A DNA stretch of 64,000 nt. Source: Bugula neritina (taxonomy: Eukaryota > Animalia > Bryozoa). The stretch spans positions 14,808,642 through 14,872,641 of the forward strand of contig OZ037770.1 of NCBI GenBank assembly GCA_964035545.1, written 5' to 3'. Below, one piece after another: positions 63,069 to 64,000 of the stretch (position 1 is its first letter; each line of letters starts with the position of its first letter). Below the pieces are notes generated by a model. The model worked only from the letters and a program-made list of their open reading frames with translations. It was not told the DNA's origin and searched no databases. A program made the position numbers and the translations under genes.

Positions 63069-64000
63069 GTTGGTACTTCATTACACGTTCCTCTTTATAT
63101 TTCTATTTTCAATCAGAATTTTGGTATGTTTTGGTCACAATTTGCGTCTAGCCTCAAGGTGTGAGCTGTAAACTTCTCTCAAATTGAGTAAAGACTTTGA
63201 GTTCGGTTTAGGATGAGTTTTAACGTGTTTTGATATTGCCCCTTTCTCCTTCCACTCCTTTGACACTCCTGGATTCAGTCCATGTTTCAACGTTTGTCAA
63301 CTAAAGAGAAATTGAGTGAAAGTAGCAGTTCACAGTTTGCTGTTAATTTTTAAACTCAAGCAAGCTTTTTATTTTGATAGTTGTGAATTGACACATTTCT
63401 TCTAATAAGTCCACTTTATTTTTATCCTTTTAAAGTTATGTAATATCTAGTCGCTAACAGTCAAGTTGAGTTGACCTAAATTTAGGCTTCCCTTTCTCTT
63501 ATTCATATGCAGTTTTGTATGTCAAGACCTTTGATTACACAACTATGATGTAAACTTTCAAAAGGCGTAGAACTGCATTTAGCTCTATTCTTCTAACAGT
63601 CTATACTCTATAATAATAGTAATAATAAAATGATAATAATATAAATGATAATTCTATATTGATATAAATTAATATTTTTTCAAAATTTAATGATGTATGT
63701 ATGATATAGCAAACTTTGCCATTTTTCTCAAGGTTATTGTCATAAGTAACAAGAGAATAGTGAAAATGAATTAGCTAAGTTTGACGCAATAAAACTTCTA
63801 GAATGTTCAAACCTTTTAACTTTATGAACAGTGATCTGAAATGTAGATTAATGTTTTCATTGCACCCAAAGGCAGTCAATGTTAACAAAAGAAAACAATG
63901 GCATAGAAACTTGATTATCAGATTGAGTTTACTTCACTGGTTTTCAGTATTAGAGAAACGTGTGCATGCACTTCATGCAAAGTACCTTTGAGTTGGAAGG

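Overview
AT-rich, intron-containing animal genomic DNA. It looks like an invertebrate, possibly a lophotrochozoan, but the taxon cannot be fixed from sequence alone. I assembled eight spliced genes by hand with GT-AG and phase checks: (1) IVNS1ABP/NS1-BP BTB-BACK-Kelch (+, 1454-8475); (2,3) two tandem astacin zinc metalloproteases with Cys-rich modules and a MAM-like tail (-, 9634-15232 and 19563-29000); (4) a small single-pass membrane protein with the Shisa-like C*C*CC*CC ectodomain (-, 34131-37132); (5) an unrecognised low-complexity protein with two candidate first exons (+, 38301/40795-44610); (6) RAB21 (-, 45803-48551), head-to-head with (7) TCP11-like (+, 49831-54724); (8) the 5' part of a fibrocystin-L/PKHD1L1-like gene with an N-terminal kringle (+, 58362 to beyond the window). 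Main observations: the kringle-fibrocystin-L architecture; an open Gypsy integrase ORF plus 3' LTR in sense orientation in the last intron of astacin B; a probable gene-conversion tract over the astacin catalytic core; and intronic tandem repeats that multiply composite AG|GT splice sites next to real acceptors. Several MITE/foldback elements and a degenerate tRNA-SINE are also present. No CRISPR, rRNA or intact tRNA was seen. All gene models are manual and lack transcript support.
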